DNA of 57,449 nucleotides from Prorocentrum cordatum (lineage: Eukaryota), in assembly GCA_963575745.1 (NCBI GenBank), contig CAUYUJ010000023.1, positions 62,001 to 119,449 on the forward strand, in the 5' to 3' direction. The notes under the pieces are model-generated. The model was given only the letters and a program-made list of their open reading frames with translations, was not told where the DNA came from and ran no database searches. Positions 19,324-34,530 of the stretch are shown in pieces (position 1 is the stretch's first letter; each line of letters opens with the position of its first letter). The translations under genes and the position numbers were made by a program.

Positions 19324-19900
19324 GCCTGGGGACTCCTGGGGCCTCCTGTAACCTCCTGGGGCTTCCTGCGGTCTCCTGGAGCCTCTTGGGGCCTCCTGGG
19401 GCCTCTTGGGGCTTCCTGTGGCCTTCGGGCCTCCTGGGGCCTCGTGTGGCCTCACGTGGCCTCCTGGGGCCTCCTGGAGCCTTCTGGGGCCTCCTGTGGC
19501 CTCCTGTCGAATCCTGATACCTCCTGGTAGCTCCTGTGACCTCCTGGAGCCTCCTGGAGCCTGCTGGAGCCTCCTGTGGCGTCCTGAAGAGGATCCGTGC
19601 TCACGAGTCTGGCCAGCAAAATAGGCACACCGCTCGAGACATCCTTAAAATCTGCCCCCCCTTGGGGGCGAAAATGAGCGCCTCGCTCGAGACATCCTTC
19701 AGATGCCTCCTGGGGCCTCCTGGAGCCTTCTGGAGCCTCCTGTGACCTCGTGTGGCATCCTCATACCTCCTGGTACCTCCTGTGGCCTCCTGGAGCCTCC
19801 TAGAGCCTGCTGGAGCCTCCTGTGACATCCTGAAGAGGATCCATGCTCACGAGTCTGGCCAGCAAAATAGGCAAACCGCTACATGAGCGCCTCGATCGAG
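19324..19900. repeat. Degenerate GCCTCCTGGR decamer repeat with an internal duplication
   Basis: Decamer periodicity; 19540-19650 is repeated at 19785-19910. Confidence 0.8.
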
Positions 19901-20146
19901 ACATCCTCCAAATCTGCTCTGACAGCAGAGGATGCTGAGCACCAAAACAGGCGCCTCGCTTGAGACATTCCCGCAATCTGGTCGCGAACGGAGGCCGTGC
20001 AATACCCCCGGCGGCCCCCCTTAGGTGTGCTGACACCAGCGAGCCGCTCGAGACATCCTCAAAAGCTGTTCTGAGCGCAGACGAGTCTGGTCACCCAAAC
20101 AGGCAACACGCTCGACGAGACATCCTCACAATCTGGCCCCCTCTGG

Positions 20147-20582
<436 letters not shown>

Positions 20583-23500
20583 GTACTCTGAGTGGGATGG
20601 GGAAGAGAAGGAGGAGGTGAGGATGTGACCTGAAGAAGGAGTCGGCGCGGTCAGAGTAAAAGCAAGAACTCCATCCTTTGAATATGGGGAACAATCGCGA
20701 CGGGAGGCTTTTCCTTTCGCTATTTTCGTCCTCCGTGTGCCCTTACTGGACCTCGGGACCGTCAAGAGAGCAACTCAGAAGGAAACACCGGTCCCGCGGA
20801 AGGGGTCCAGACCTGTGGGGGTCGACGCTGGGACAAAAATCGCGACGTCGGGGGTCTGGGTCTCCACGGTTTTTTCCCCCGTCCCCTCCTCCCCGCGCCT
20901 CTCCTCTTCCTCCCCAGGCGTGCTCGTGCCGAGAAACAGGAACGACGGGGGCCCTCGCTGGGCCCCAGCGCCAGCCCGAGCGGCTCCAGACGAGCAACCT
21001 GCCCTGGGGAACGGGTCGGGACTTCTGGGGACCCCAGTACTCACAAAAAGCATGTCCGTGCATGTCTGGGTCCCCTCCCTTGGCACTGCCGACGACCTGC
21101 TCATCGCCAGTGCCTGCGACGAGCATGCTGTCTGGGGGAAACACGTCTGGGCCCACTCCCCGCCGCCGCCTCCCCGTCTCTGGCCCCTCCCGCTCCCCCC
21201 ACTCTCCCGGGACCCCCCCCCCTCTTCTCCTCTTCTCCTCTCTCTCTGTAGGCCTCGTAGATGGGGTCGGAGCAGACGGGGTCGGAGAATCGCGCTGCAT
21301 CGCCGACGCATCGCCGATGCGGCTCGATGTGGGGCCCGATTTGCTCCACGTGGACGTCGCTGCTGCATCGCCGACGTCGACGATGCATCGCCAGTGCATC
21401 ACCGATGCATCGCCGATGTATCGGCAACGCGGCGCGATCCTCCGACTCCATCTACTCCGAGCCCATCTAGGAGGCCTGCGCTCTCTTCCCCCCGCTGTCC
21501 CGCCCCGCCCTCGGCCCCGTCTCCGCGCGATCCGCCTCCCGCGAGATCCCCCGCGGCGGTGCCCTCCGCCCACCTTCCGCCTCTCCGCCTTCCCCCCGCC
21601 CCCGCCCTCCGCCTCCCCGCCCTCCGCCACTCCGCCCTCCGCCTCTCCGCCCTCCGCCCCCGCCTCTCCGCTCTCCCCTCTGCCCCCGGCCGCCCTCCGC
21701 CCCCGGCCGCCCTCCGCCTCCCCCTCCCCGCGGCGGTGCGGGGCTAGAGAGAGAGCGCGGGGCCGCAGCGCCAGCCAGGGCCTCTGCCGCGCCCCCCCCC
21801 CCCTTCGGCCTCCCTCGAGCGCCCGGCCCGGGCCTCTCTGGCCTTCTCTCTCTCTCTCTCTCCGCTCCTCTCGGCGGCGAGGGAGGGGGGGAAGCCTCGG
21901 CTTCGAGGCTCCAGGTTTTCGCATGTCTTCGTCGATTCTGGCACACATGGCCCTGACGGCACCCCCGTCTAGGCCTTTCCGCCAGCGCAGACTTCCCCTG
22001 CCTCGCCGCCGACGCAAAATGTTTTCATCGGTTCTCGACGGTCTTCCAGCCTCGCTCGGGATGCGTTCTAGCGGCTGCGCCTCAGCGAGAGCATTCCAGG
22101 GGTGCTGGGAGCGTCCCGAACGCCCGCCGGAGACCCGAGTTATGACCCCCAAGCCACTCGGCGGCGAGCGAGGGGGGTAGTGAGAAGGAGAGGGCCTTCC
22201 CAGAAAGTGGCGGGACTTCTCGGAAGCCCGCGCGCCTTGCTAGAAGTGTGCTGTGTCTTCGGGGGAGGCTCAGTGAATTTCTCGGAGGGCCCGGGGCCCG
22301 GGGACTTCCGAGCCTTCTGAGAAGGCCTTCTCCTTCTCCCTTTCGCCCCTGGCTCGCCGCCGATCCTCTCCCTTGATGATGTCGCCAGAAAGAGTTTCGA
22401 GCACCAGGAAACTACCGAAACTGGAGGGTGTTCACGCGTCAGGCCCTGGGAGGCGATAATCGTTCGACACCGTTTCGATACTTGTCGGGGCGCTCGAAAT
22501 TATTCCTGGGATGTGGTCCTTAAGTGCGATGGGAGCAACATAATGCTCCCCGTGGAGGACGCCCACTGCAAGCCTGGTGGCGCCGATCTCCTGGCCAGGC
22601 CGACCCCGTGCCCAGGATCGATGCAGATGCCTCCCCAGCCGAGCCCGGGAGGGCGTACACACCGATCCTGGGCCCAGGAGTAAGGCGGGCATGCCACTCT
22701 ACAGGAGGAATGTTCACAACAATAGTCCCCGAACTCGTCTGGGGACGATGTTTCGCCTGTTTTTTTTGTCTTTTTGTTTTTTTCTTGATATTTCTCGAGT
22801 ATTTTTTGACTATTTTCATTTCTCTTCCAAGATCCGCTTGTGGGAGGACATGCCCGACCTAAGTCCAGGACGCGCTTGGCCAGGATCGGTGTGCGGGTGA
22901 GTTGCTGGCGTCCTCCTGCCCCTGTCCGTGCCTCTCCCGCGATCCACGGTGCTTTTGAACGCTGGCTGTTTCATGGGCTGTGGTAATTACGACTGGTGTC
23001 CATGGCGTTTCGCAGGGAGGGTATCCCCTTTCTTTTTTTCCGAGTGCCGATCCTTCCGCTGTGTGATATGTGGTTGGTCGTAATGCCCTTTGAATCCCGG
23101 TGGGGCTGCGCATGGGAGGATGCAGGTTTTGCTCTCTGGGAGTCGCGTTCTCACGTGTTTCATGGACTTTCGACGTCTGAGTGCTCCTCCTCCCCTCGTC
23201 CTCCCCGCGGCCGCCCCAGTCCTTCTGCCCTCTCTTGCGTGCCGTCTAATTCGCCTTTCGGTTGCCCCTAATCGCCACTCGCTGGAGCGGACTGCCTCTG
23301 CCTCGCCGCCGACAAAAAAATGTTTCCTGGACTCTCGCCGATCGTGGGCCCCTCGAGGGAATGAGGCAGACGGAAGGGAGGGGGAGCCCGTCTGCAGTGC
23401 GCCCGCCGCGGCGGCCCGTGCGACGGAGAGGGAAGGGGGGCAGGCCAGCCGCCATCGGGGGAGGTGTGCGCCCCCGGCACCCAGACCCCCCTCGGGCAAT

Positions 23501-23597
23501 GCAAACATCACGACGGGAGGCTTTTCGCTGTTTTCGGCCTCAGGGGCCCTTATCCCTGTTCGGGGCCGTCGCAAAACAGCTCAGGATGAAGAAGCGA

Positions 23598-23825
23598 TCG
23601 TTTTCGTATTCATTGTTTTGCCGATCGGCGCGGGCCCTCGCACCCCCCCTCCCCCCCTTCGAAGCTGATCTTGGCTGTTTTTGGCGCCTGTTTCAAGCGG
23701 GTGGAGTTTCCCCAGAGGACGCACTGTTGCAAACAGTCGCACTAAACAGAGGTCCAGAGCCAGACCACCCTCCCCACCCCCCTTCCGCCCAGTGTCGAAT
23801 GGCCGAATAAGAACACGCTCACAAA
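23598..23825. repeat. Dispersed repeat family C (second copy at ~47590-47830)
   Basis: Both copies share TATTCATTG.TTTGCCGATCGGCGCGGGCCCTCG ... TTTTTGGCGCCTGTTTC ... CCGAATAAGAA. Confidence 0.85.
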
Positions 23826-24215
23826 CCGGTCCCGGGGAAGGGGTCCAGACCTCCGGGGGTCGACGCTGTGACCAAAATCACGACGTCGGGGGTATCTTGG
23901 CCCCTGGGGGGACCCATCGACCTCGACGCCCCTGTCGGGACTTCGTCGGTGCGAGGGTTTTCCCCCATGGAGGGGTAAGGAGCACGGCTCTCCTTCTCGT
24001 GGCTGGTTTGGAGAGGTGACGGGTGGGTCCCAGACCCCTCGCATTGTGAAAAAATCGCGACAGAAGGTTTTCCGCTATTTCCGGCCTCCGGGGGCCCTCG
24101 CTGGGCTTCGGGACCGTCAAAGAACGACTCAGGATGGAAAACCGGTCCCGGGGAATGGGTCCAGGTTCCTGGGGGTCGTGTCACGGAAAAATCACGACGG
24201 GGGTCTGGGGTCGGT
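23820..24215. repeat. Dispersed repeat family B (other copies ~20695-20870, 36620-36775 inverted, 37045-37150, 40085-40215)
   Basis: Shared CGCTATTT.CGGCCTC.GGGGCCCTCGCTGGGC..GGACCGTCAA..ACCGGTCCC..GGGTCCAGAC..AAATCACGAC. Confidence 0.8.
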
Positions 24216-25872
24216 GCGAGGGGTGGCCCATTGAGGCGTCAGGAACGCAGTTCTCCTTCTTGTGGCTGGTTTGGAGCGTCGACGGGTGGGAGGGAGGGAT
24301 GGATGGAAAGAGTGGTGCCTCCCGAGGCTCTGCTTGCTCGTGGCCAGTCAGATCATCTCCAGTGCCCGCGGTTGGGTGCTGGTGTCGAAGGAGGGCGAGG
24401 CGAGCGGCAAGGGGGGTTGCGAGTCTTCGGTCGCTGGCGCGCTGTGCATAGCCCAGAGAACACATCTCGCCCAGACCTTTCATGCTGCCGCATGTTTTGT
24501 CCCTGCGGCTGCTCATCCCATGCCATTCATACACGTATATCCGGTTGTAGTGCGTGCTCTTTTTGTGGAAGACTCTTTCCAATTTTGCGCATTGGGCATG
24601 AGCCGATGGGTCCGTCGAGCTTCAGCGTCTCGGAAAAATCATCCGCTTTCGCGTTCGAGAGTCCAGCTCGGGTGGATTGAGTGGTTTATGTGGGGGACAC
24701 ATCTTCGCGTGTCTTCCCCTCGCGCAGAAGAGCCTCCCATGAATTTAGCAGTGGTGAGTATAACAGCGACACTTTCAAATGACTAGATCTCGTGGCCGCG
24801 CAGACTTGGTGGAATCTGCTTCGGAAAATGCACCGAAAATGCTGAATGCCGCGCTATTTATGAGATGTTTGCACAGCACTTGTAAGGTGCCACGCCTAGA
24901 CGGGGGCCGCCGCCAGATCGCGAGAGCTGCTGGCGCCCGGACCACTTGGCATCTGCGATGCCAGAAGGATGCGTGTGTAGGTGTGTGTGTGTGTGTGTGT
25001 GCGTTTGTGTCGTGTTCGCGTGCTCGCAGAGGTATTCTTTTGCAGTTGCGGTGTGATCTAACCGTTTTGTTCCTTCCCCCGGCACGTGGCTGGCGAGAGC
25101 GAGGATCAGAAATGTCGATAAGGGGAGGAGGAGGAAAAGAAGGAGGAAGAGGAGGAGGAGGACCATTGTAAACCCACGACGTATCCACAATGTTGGAATA
25201 CGCCCCTCTGCCAAGCTCCCTTTTCAGAGGCCCCTGTTTTCAATGATTCGTTTCCACAGGGAAATACACCGTTGGGACACAACCGCGTAAAAATCTTGAA
25301 AGGTTACAATTTTCATGACTTCGACACCACATATCAACCTGATCGTTGCGTCTTAGCGATCCTGGATCGTGCCAGGACAGTCCCGAGATTCCAACGCCGC
25401 GAATCAATGTAACTTTTGCGCCCTAGCACTCTTGAGCCGCTCCAAGAAACAGTTTCTCGTACGCTGACCATGAGAACCCGTGAAACTATTGCAATTGTTT
25501 AAAGCGGCTGTGCGCGGCGCTAGAGCAAGAACCACATTTTGAAAGATAATTGCCCTCAACCCGGGAAGCTCCTGCACATTTGTCAAACGAATGTGCGCGG
25601 CGTTCGGGCATATTTTGAAAACAAATCGCCTTCAATCCGTGAAGCATTTGCATTTGTTCCCAACCAACCTGTGTTGTTGGGTCCTGAGGTTCGCTCTCGC
25701 CCCGTAGACCAAAAAACTGTGTTGTTGGGTCCTCGTTTTGAAGAGACGGTCCCCGCGTTCCCTCCCTCCTTTCTTCCTTCCTTCCTTCCTTCCTTCCTTC
25801 CTTCCTTCCTTCCTTCCTTCCTCCTCCTCCCTCCTCCTCCTCCTCCTCCTCCTGTTCCTCCCTCATTTCGTA

Positions 25873-26112
25873 GCCCCATTGGGAGCTCCACCGAAGGCTC
25901 CAGTAGGGCCGCCCGCATGCGTCATCCACCCAGCACAGCATGTCGTGGCCCCATAGAGAGCTCCACCGAAGGCTCCAATGGGACCGCCCGCATGCGTCAT
26001 CCACCACCCAGTGCAGCGTTTCGTGGCCCCATATTGGGGCTCCACCGAAGGCCCCACTGGGACCGCCCGCATGCGTCATCCACTACCCAGCGCAGCGTTT
26101 CGTGACCCCATA
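25873..26112. repeat. ~77-bp tandem repeat, 3 copies
   Basis: GCTCCACCGAAGGC.CCA..GGG.CCGCCCGCATGCGTCATCCAC occurs three times. Confidence 0.9.
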
Positions 26113-26279
26113 GGGAGATCCGAGGAGGAGGGCGAGGAGGAGCATGAGGATGACGTGGATCTAACAAGCATGAAGTTCACTTCGGATCCGAGCTTCGCCG
26201 AGGAGGAGGAGCAAGGACATGAGGGGATGATGGGGATGACGACGGTGATGCGGATTCTAATGATGTTTATGCTAGCATC

Positions 26280-26864
26280 AGGATGGTGATGCTGCTGTTG
26301 CTGATGGTGACGATGCTGATGATGCTGCTGATGATGACGATGAGGATGATGGGGATGCTGAAGACGGTGATGACGATGAGGATTACGTTGATGGTGGTGG
26401 TGGTGGTGATGTTCGTGATTCCGATGATTGCTAGACGGCTGATGTTCTTGATAATGAAACAGGTGTCGATTGTGGGGATGCTGAGTATGATGCGAGGGCT
26501 TGTGATGACTCGAATGATGGTGCTGATCATGAGGATAACGGTGATGGTGATGGTGAGGGTGGTGGCGATGATGACGACGACGACGATGATGATGATGACA
26601 GTGATGATGATGCTGCTGCTGATGATGACGGTAATGGTGCTGCTGATGACGATGATGGATGATGATGACGATGTTGATGATGATGATGATGATGATGATG
26701 ATGACGATGATGATGATGATGATGATGATTATTACGATATCGGACATTTTGTTGTTGTTGCCGATGATGATACTGATGATGCTGATGCTGGTGCTGATAA
26801 CGAGGCGACTGATGGTGATGCTGGTGCTGCTGATGACGCGAACGATGATGAGGCTGATGATGAA

Positions 26865-26898
<34 letters not shown>

Positions 26899-27311
26899 CT
26901 GATGATGATGTCGTTGATGATGAAGATGATGATGACGATGTTTACGATGATGCTGATGATGATGATGATGACGATGATGCTGATCATGCTGATGCTGATG
27001 CTGCTGCTGATAATGATGATCATGATGATCCTGGTGATGGTGATGGGCATGGTGAACGTGATGCTGATGCTGCTGCTGCTGATGATGGTGATGCTGCTGC
27101 TGCCGACGATAGTACTGCTGAGTACGTGGATGGATTCTTGTGTTGGTGGTGATGATGGGGAGGATATTTATACTTATTCTGCTGATGATGATGCTGCTGA
27201 TGCTGATGATGATGATGATGCTAGTGATGATGATGATGATAATACAATGATTCTGGTGATGATGTTGCTGATGCTGCTGCTGATGATGATGATGATGACG
27301 ATGATGATGCG

Positions 27312-27342
<31 letters not shown>

Positions 27343-27760
27343 ATGGCGACGACTAGGATGAGGATGATGAAGAGGATGAGGATGCCGATCAGGAGGATGA
27401 TGATGAGGAGGAGGAAGAGGACGATCATGCTGATGGTGATCACGATCATGACGATTTTGATGATGCTGCTGATGATGATGATGATGATCAGGATTGTGAT
27501 GATGACGATGACGATGACGATGCTGATGACGAAGATGATGACGACGACGACGATGATGATGATGACGATGATGATGATAATGATGATGATGCTAATACTG
27601 ATGATAATGATGATGCTGATGATGATTTTTAATGACGATATCAATGTTGATATTGATGATGATGCTGATGGTGCTGATGATGATGATGATGCTGAGCGAG
27701 ATGATGATGATGAGGATGATGACGATAACGACGGTGATGTCGATGATCAGGACGATGCTA

Positions 27761-27796
<36 letters not shown>

Positions 27797-27797
27797 C

Positions 27798-27877
<80 letters not shown>

Positions 27878-28883
27878 CTGATGATGATGATGATGGTGCT
27901 GCTGACGATGATGATGCTGATCATGATGGTGATTCTGCTAATGCTGCTGACGATGATGATGATGCTGATGCTGATGACGATGACGATGACGATGATGCTG
28001 ATGATGATGCTGATGTTGATGATGATGAGGTTGATGCTGATGCTGATGCTGAGGATGGTGATGATGATGATGGTGATGCTGTTGATGATGATGATGCTCA
28101 TGCTGATGATGATGCTGACGCTGGTGATGCTGATGCTGATGCTGATGGTGATGATGCTGATGATGATGATGATGCTGATGCTGATGCTGGTGATGATGAT
28201 ACGATGATGATGCGGCTGATGCTGATGTTGATTAGGATCATGATGATGGTGATGCTGATGATGCTGCCGCTGATGATGCTGATGATGGTGATGATGGTGA
28301 TGATGATAATGGTGTTGATTATGATGATCACGAAGATGGTGGTGATGCTGCTGATGATGATGATGATGATGATGATGGTGTTGAGGCTGATGCTGATGAT
28401 GCTGAAGATGCTGCTGCGTTCGGTGATGATGGTGCTGCTGCTGATGATGCCGATGTTGTTGTTGTCGATGATGATGATGCTGATGATGCTGATGATGCTG
28501 CTGCTGATGATGATAATGACGCTGTTGCTGCTGCTGATGCTGATGCTGCTGCTGCTGATGATGATGATGATGGTGATGCTGATGCTGCCGACGAATGATG
28601 TGCTGATGATGATGCGGATGCTGATGATGATGCTGATGCTGATGATGATGATGATGCTAATGATGATGCTGATGAATCTGATGATGGTGCTGATGATGAT
28701 GCTGCTGCTGATGATGATACTGGTGATGAGGATGATGTTGATGATGATTATGCTGCTGCTGCTGATGATGAGACTGCTGATGCTGCTGCTGATGATGATG
28801 ATGATGACGACGATGATGATGATGATGCTAATGATGATGATGATGCTGCTGCTGCTGATGATGATAATACTGATGATGAATAC

Positions 28884-28934
<51 letters not shown>

Positions 28935-29075
28935 AATAATGATCATGGTGATGATGCTGTTGTTGATGATGATGAATATGATGATGACGATGATGATGAT
29001 GATGATGAAAATGGTGATGATGATGATGCTAATGCTGATGATGATGATGCTGATGATGATGATAATGATGATGAT
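26280..29075. repeat. ~2.8-kb degenerate (GAT)n array running into the gap
   Basis: GAT with GCT, GAC and GGT variants; it explains the poly-M, poly-D and poly-I ORFs. Confidence 0.95.
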
Positions 29076-29175
29076 NNNNNNNNNNNNNNNNNNNNNNNNN
29101 NNNNNNNNNNNNNNNNNNNNNNNNNNNNNNNNNNNNNNNNNNNNNNNNNNNNNNNNNNNNNNNNNNNNNNNNNNN
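29076..29175. other. Assembly gap (~100 N)
   Basis: Run of N; linkage of the two halves rests on scaffolding only. Confidence 0.97.
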
Positions 29176-30997
29176 GGGGACAGGCCCGACTTAGCCCCAG
29201 CGCGATCCTGTCTTTTCAGGCTCCACGCCGCCGTCGGATCAGCAGGGACGGCCTCGCCGCGAGGCTGGATGGCGTGCTCGAGGCCGGCTGCGCCGCCACG
29301 TCTTCCGGCAGGCGGACCCGTCCCGCCTGGGCGGTCCCTGTCTGTCCATGCCGTCGGCAGCTCTGAGTGGCCCAGCTCCCTCTCCCCTTGTCGCGCCGGG
29401 GCTCCTCCTCCTCCTCCTCCTCCTCCTCCTCCTCCTCCTCCTCCTCCTCCTCCTCCTCGGGTCGCCTACGGCCCCTGGGGAAACCGTGCAGCTGCGGTGA
29501 CGATGCTTGGCGCCCGCCGGCACTGCCCGCCGCCCTCCCGTTGGGCTGCGCCCGCTCGGGCGCCGCCGCTCGCTGCCCCGCGCCGCCCGCCTGCCGCCCG
29601 CTGCCTGCTTGAAGTCGGCCTGTCCCTCTGCAGGAGGAATATTCAAGCACAATATATATATATATATGATATGGGGAGGATCCTTTGGACAATTTTAGAT
29701 TTTTTTGTGGGGGGTCTTTTTCATGTTTCGTCCAAAAATCCGCCTGTAGGGGGACGCGCCCGACCTGATGCTTGCCGCGCACTGCCTGCCGCCGCCCGCG
29801 GATGAGGACCCGGCGCTTTTCCGCCTCCCAGCGCATCCCTGGGAGCTTCGCTTCCCTGGCTTCGCCGGGCGTTCGTCTGTTTCGCTGGGCGTGCGACTTC
29901 GCCCCCCACTCCCCCCCGACGGACGGCCGCACAGCGTGGTTCCCAACAGGTGAACGCTGCGCTCCTCGCCCCGGCTGCGTGAGACCCCGGCCGCCCCTGC
30001 GGGCGCCTCGGCCGTTCCGGCACCCTGCTGACTGACTCCGCTGCGCAGCTGCGCGCGCCGCCGCGACGCCAAACGAATACGTTTTTGCCTCGTTCATCTC
30101 CACCGATAGCGCGCAGCCCGTGTTGGCCTTTGTTACGTTGCCTGCGTCGCACAGAGGGGCTTCGGTGGGTAAGCGCACGTTGTCACTAACCCGCGCATTG
30201 AGGATGATCGACGGTCGCTTTTCGCACCCCTCTCCTTGCAGCCCCTTGCGGGTTCATTTTTTCCAAAGGTCGCTGGCGTGGGACTGTATCGAGTTGTCCC
30301 AACGCAAGCAGCGTTTCCAGCAACTAGCCGTTGGCTGGCGCGGTTGCTCAATGATATCGCGGAGTCTTGCTCCCTCCTGTCTCCGTACCCCAGCCCTCGC
30401 CCTCCTCCGTCTTCCCCCTTCCCCGCCTCCCTACTCTTTCGTATCGTGCTCACCGTTTTCTCCTCTGCCCTCCGTTTACTGCCTCTCTCTTTTCCCTTTC
30501 CTCCTCCTTCCTTCCCCTGCTTACCCTGTCGTGCCTCCTTGCTTTCGCTTCCGTTCTTTCCCCCTCATCCTTCATGTCGTCGGTTCCTTCTCCGTGTCTC
30601 CGAATCCAGCTCTCGTTTTTCCGACTCTGGCTCCCACCTCTCCCTCTCTGGCTTACTATTCGTCGACACCCAAATCTGGTTTCTTCATCTCTCCGACTCC
30701 TGCTCCTATCTCTCCGACTCAGGCTCTTGTTTTTCCGACTCCGGCACCTCTCCGACTGGCTCCCTACTCGCGACGCCAGCTCTCCGAGTCTTCTCTCCCA
30801 CTCCGGCTTCCATCTCTCCGACTCTGGCTCCGACTCCCGCTCCCATCTCCGACCCCGATTTCCCAAACCCCGACTCCAGCTTCTGAGTGGCTGATCTATG
30901 CCAGCCAACTCTGACGCCCTCCGACTCTCAAGAGAATCGACGATGGGAGGGGCGGAGGATGCGAATCGAGTCGAGCTCTTAGGGCATTAGGGTCGTC

Positions 30998-31463
30998 AGG
31001 AGGGAGGGGGGAAGGGGGAGGAGGAAGAGGAGGAGGAGGAGGAGGAGGAGGAGGAGGAGGAGGAGGAGGAGGAGGAGGAGGAGGAGGAGGGGAGGAGGAG
31101 GAGGAGGAGGAGGAGGAGGAGGAGGAGGAGGAGGAGGAGGAGGAGGAGGAGGAGGAGAGCGAGCAGGATGGAGGAGGAGGAGAGAGGAGGAGGAGGAGGA
31201 GGAGGCGGAGGGTGAGGCGGAGGAGGAGGAGGAGCAGGAGGAGGAGAAGGAGGAGAGGAGGAGGAGGAGGAGGAGGAGGAGGAGGAGGAGAGGAGGAGGA
31301 GGAGGAGCGAGCATGATGGAGGAGGAGTGAGGAGGAGGAGGCGGAGGGTGAGGCGGAGGAGGAGGAGGAGCAGGAGGAGAGGAGGAGGAGGAGGAGGAGG
31401 AGGAAGGAGGAGGAGGAGGAGGAGGAGGAGGAGGATGAGGAGGAGGAGGAGGAGGAGCAGGAG
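30998..31463. repeat. (GGA)n microsatellite
   Basis: Seen directly. Confidence 0.95.
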
Positions 31464-31501
31464 GATAGTGTGGAGGGAGAAAGGGCTGGACGCCCTGGCA
31501 G

Positions 31502-31611
31502 GACACGACAGCACTCATGTCGACCCTGACCGTCTACGGCCAAGCGACGTTCGAGAGCTCGCTCTCCGTGGCAGATTCTGCTCACCTCGGGTACAAGCTC
31601 TCCGTAGCGAG
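31502..31611 (+). CDS. Host 12-aa-repeat protein, exon A (DTTALMSTLTVYGQATFESSLSVADSAHLGYKLSVA)
   Basis: CAG|G acceptor, GC3-rich codons, xxL(G/S)xxLSVxxx periodicity and AG|GA donor. Not called by the ORF track. Confidence 0.85.
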
Positions 31612-32477
31612 GATGTCGCATTTGCCGGGTGGGGCCAAGGGGCGCAAAATGAGAAGATGAGAGGGAGAGCGGGACGGAGGGAGCTAGGGGGACAGGAGGG
31701 AAGGGAAGCGAAGGGAAGAGAAGAGAAGGGAGAGGGAGGGAAGGGACGGGAGGGAGGGAGGGAAGGGAGGGGAAGGAGTGGGAGACGGAGAGGAAGGGAA
31801 GGGAGTGCGAGGCGGTTCGCTATCGGGGAGGGGGGGCAGGCAGCGAGAAGGACGAGGACGGGGCGGCGGAGGAGGCCCGCAGAGGGAAGGCGGGGCCGGC
31901 TTGTGGAGGCCAGTCCGCGGCGCATGGCCTGTGGCCCGAAGGAGCGCGGCACCAACGCCAGCAGCTAGAGGTTCTGAAAGGGTTCGCACTCCCTGGCGCT
32001 CACGACCCGATCGGCCCTCCAGGGGCTGTCTTGGGCCGTCTTGCGGGGCCCCGTGGGGCCGTCTTGGGGCCTTCTTGGGCCGTCTCGGGGCCGTCTGGGG
32101 ACGAGCTTGGGGGCCACTTGGGCCAGCGTGTTCGCTGTCAAAACGTAAATGCGAATGTGCTGATTGGGGGCCCGCTCGGCGATCCTCAGGGGGCGCCTTT
32201 GGGCTGTCTTGAGGGCCTCGTGGGCCATCTTGAAGCCATCTTGGATCGTCGTGGGCCGTCTTGACGCCCTCTTCGACTGTCTTGGCGCTCTGTCTGGGCC
32301 CTGTTGGGCTGCGATGGGGCTTTTTGAGGGCTCTGGAGGCCCTGGGGTTGCGTTGACAAGATCGTTCCCCCCTCCCTCCTGGCCCTGCCCTCCGCCCCTC
32401 TTAGAATGGCGTTTTGGACCCCATGAGAAGGGGGAAAGAAGGAGGGGGACCGTCAAATGTCTCACATAAGAGAAGTG

Positions 32478-32596
32478 GATGAGGCTGAGGCTGAGGCTGA
32501 GGATGAGGATGAGGATGAGGATGAGGATGACGATGATGTTGATGTTGTTGATGATGATGCTCCTGTTGATGATGATGATGATGATGATGCTGCTGC

Positions 32597-32637
<41 letters not shown>

Positions 32638-33064
32638 CATATGATGATAATGTTGATGATGATGCTGATGCTACTGATGATGGTGATGCTGCTGATGGTG
32701 ACGATGATGATGCTGATGATGATGATGAAGATGACTATCGAGATGATGATGATGATGTTGCTTATGATGATGATGATGACGATGATGATGCTGATGACGA
32801 TGATGATGAGGAGGACGATGCTGCTGCTGATGATGATGCTGCTGCTGATGATGATGATGATGATAAGGATGATTCTGCTGCTGATGATGATGAATGTGCT
32901 GATGATGATGCTGATGCTGCTGATTATGACGCTGATGATGCTGGTGATGAGGATGCTACTGAAGACGATGATGCTGCTGATGATGCTGATGATGCTGATG
33001 CTGATGCTGATGCTGATACTGCTGATGCTGATGCTGATGCTGCTGATGCTGATGCTGTTGATGT

Positions 33065-33114
<50 letters not shown>

Positions 33115-33512
33115 CTGATAATGATGATGCTGCTGATGATGATGATGGTGATCATGCTGATGATGATGCTGCTGATGATGATGCTGACAATGATACTGAT
33201 GATGCTGCTGCTGCTGATGATGATGATGATTCTGATGGTGATGATGCTGATGATGATGAATCTGCTGCTGATGATGATGCTGACGATGATGATGAGGATG
33301 ATGATGGTGGTGAGGTTGTTGATGATGATGCTGATTATGATGATGATGCTGATGATGATGATGCTGATGATGATGATGATGATGATGCTTATGATGATGA
33401 TGATGATGATGATGATGATGCTGATGATGATGATGATGATGATGATGCTGATGATACTTATGCAACTGATGATGTTGTTCATGATGATTGTGAGTATGAT
33501 GCTGCTGCTGAT
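32478..33512. repeat. Degenerate (GAT)n array
   Basis: Seen directly. Confidence 0.95.
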
Positions 33513-33770
33513 TATCATTGTTGTTTTTTTACTTTCATCATCATATATAGTTGCTAGTATTACAACTTCATAACATTTATGATAAAGGATTCATGTTTTT
33601 TGTTGGTCTTGCTGATATTGTTGTTGCTGTTGTTGTGGTAGTTGTTGTTGTAGTCGTCGTTGTCGTTGTCGTCGTCGTCGTCGTCGTCGTCGTCGTGGTG
33701 GTTGTTGTCGTAGTAGTAGTAGTAGTAGTTGTTGTTGTTGTTGTGGTTGTTGTTGTTGTTGTTGTTGTTG

Positions 33771-34530
33771 AACATTATTTATTCTAAAGAATAATTATTG
33801 TTGGGCCCCCTGGTGCGCGCCCCCCCTGCGCCGCCTAGGCCGCAGCTACATTTTCATCATTTTCGTGAGGAAGCCTCAGAAAAGAGGGTGTGTACAGGAT
33901 CCGGTTGTTTTGTTGTAATCCGCTTTCCCTTGCAAAAAACAATAGAAAATGACATTTCTTGTTCTAATATAATCAAATTTCAAGAATCCCTTGCAAAAAA
34001 TAAGGTAAAGTGGACATTCGCGCGCGCAAGACGAAATCCTTCCAAAACCTTAGTGTTCGCAGCGATTTTAACATAAAAACATCAAAAAACCAATGGTTTT
34101 TCAACAAAAAATTGTCAAAATCTCATCCCGCGCGCTCTTGCGGATTCGTAGGAAACCCAACACTTTTTAAACATTTCTGTCAAACGGGCTTTTGCGAGCA
34201 ACTTTTTCGAACTTCTGCGACAACGGTTGCGCACCTGCCAGGGCCATCATCCCTGTCAAATAATACCATGCGGGACACATTCGTTTTTTCTTCGCGCGCG
34301 CACGCCGTCGTCGTCGGCCGCGGGGCCCTGAATAGTAGCCACGGTCGTCCGCATGCCACGAAGTGAAGTGTCCGAACGTCATAGGGCGGGAAGCTGGGTG
34401 TGGGTGGTGGCGAAGAGTCGTTTGGAAATTTGGTAGAGCTTGAACCGGCCCCCCCACAAAGTGGGGGTATTGCCCGCCTCCTATGAAAACCCTGGCACTG
34501 GTGAGAACGGAGTGTCCCCACGTGCTAGTA

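Noticed and set aside
26076..29805. 1048-aa ORF and other long poly-M/D/I/H ORFs
   Set aside because: They are translations of the (GAT)n array, and the longest spans the N gap.
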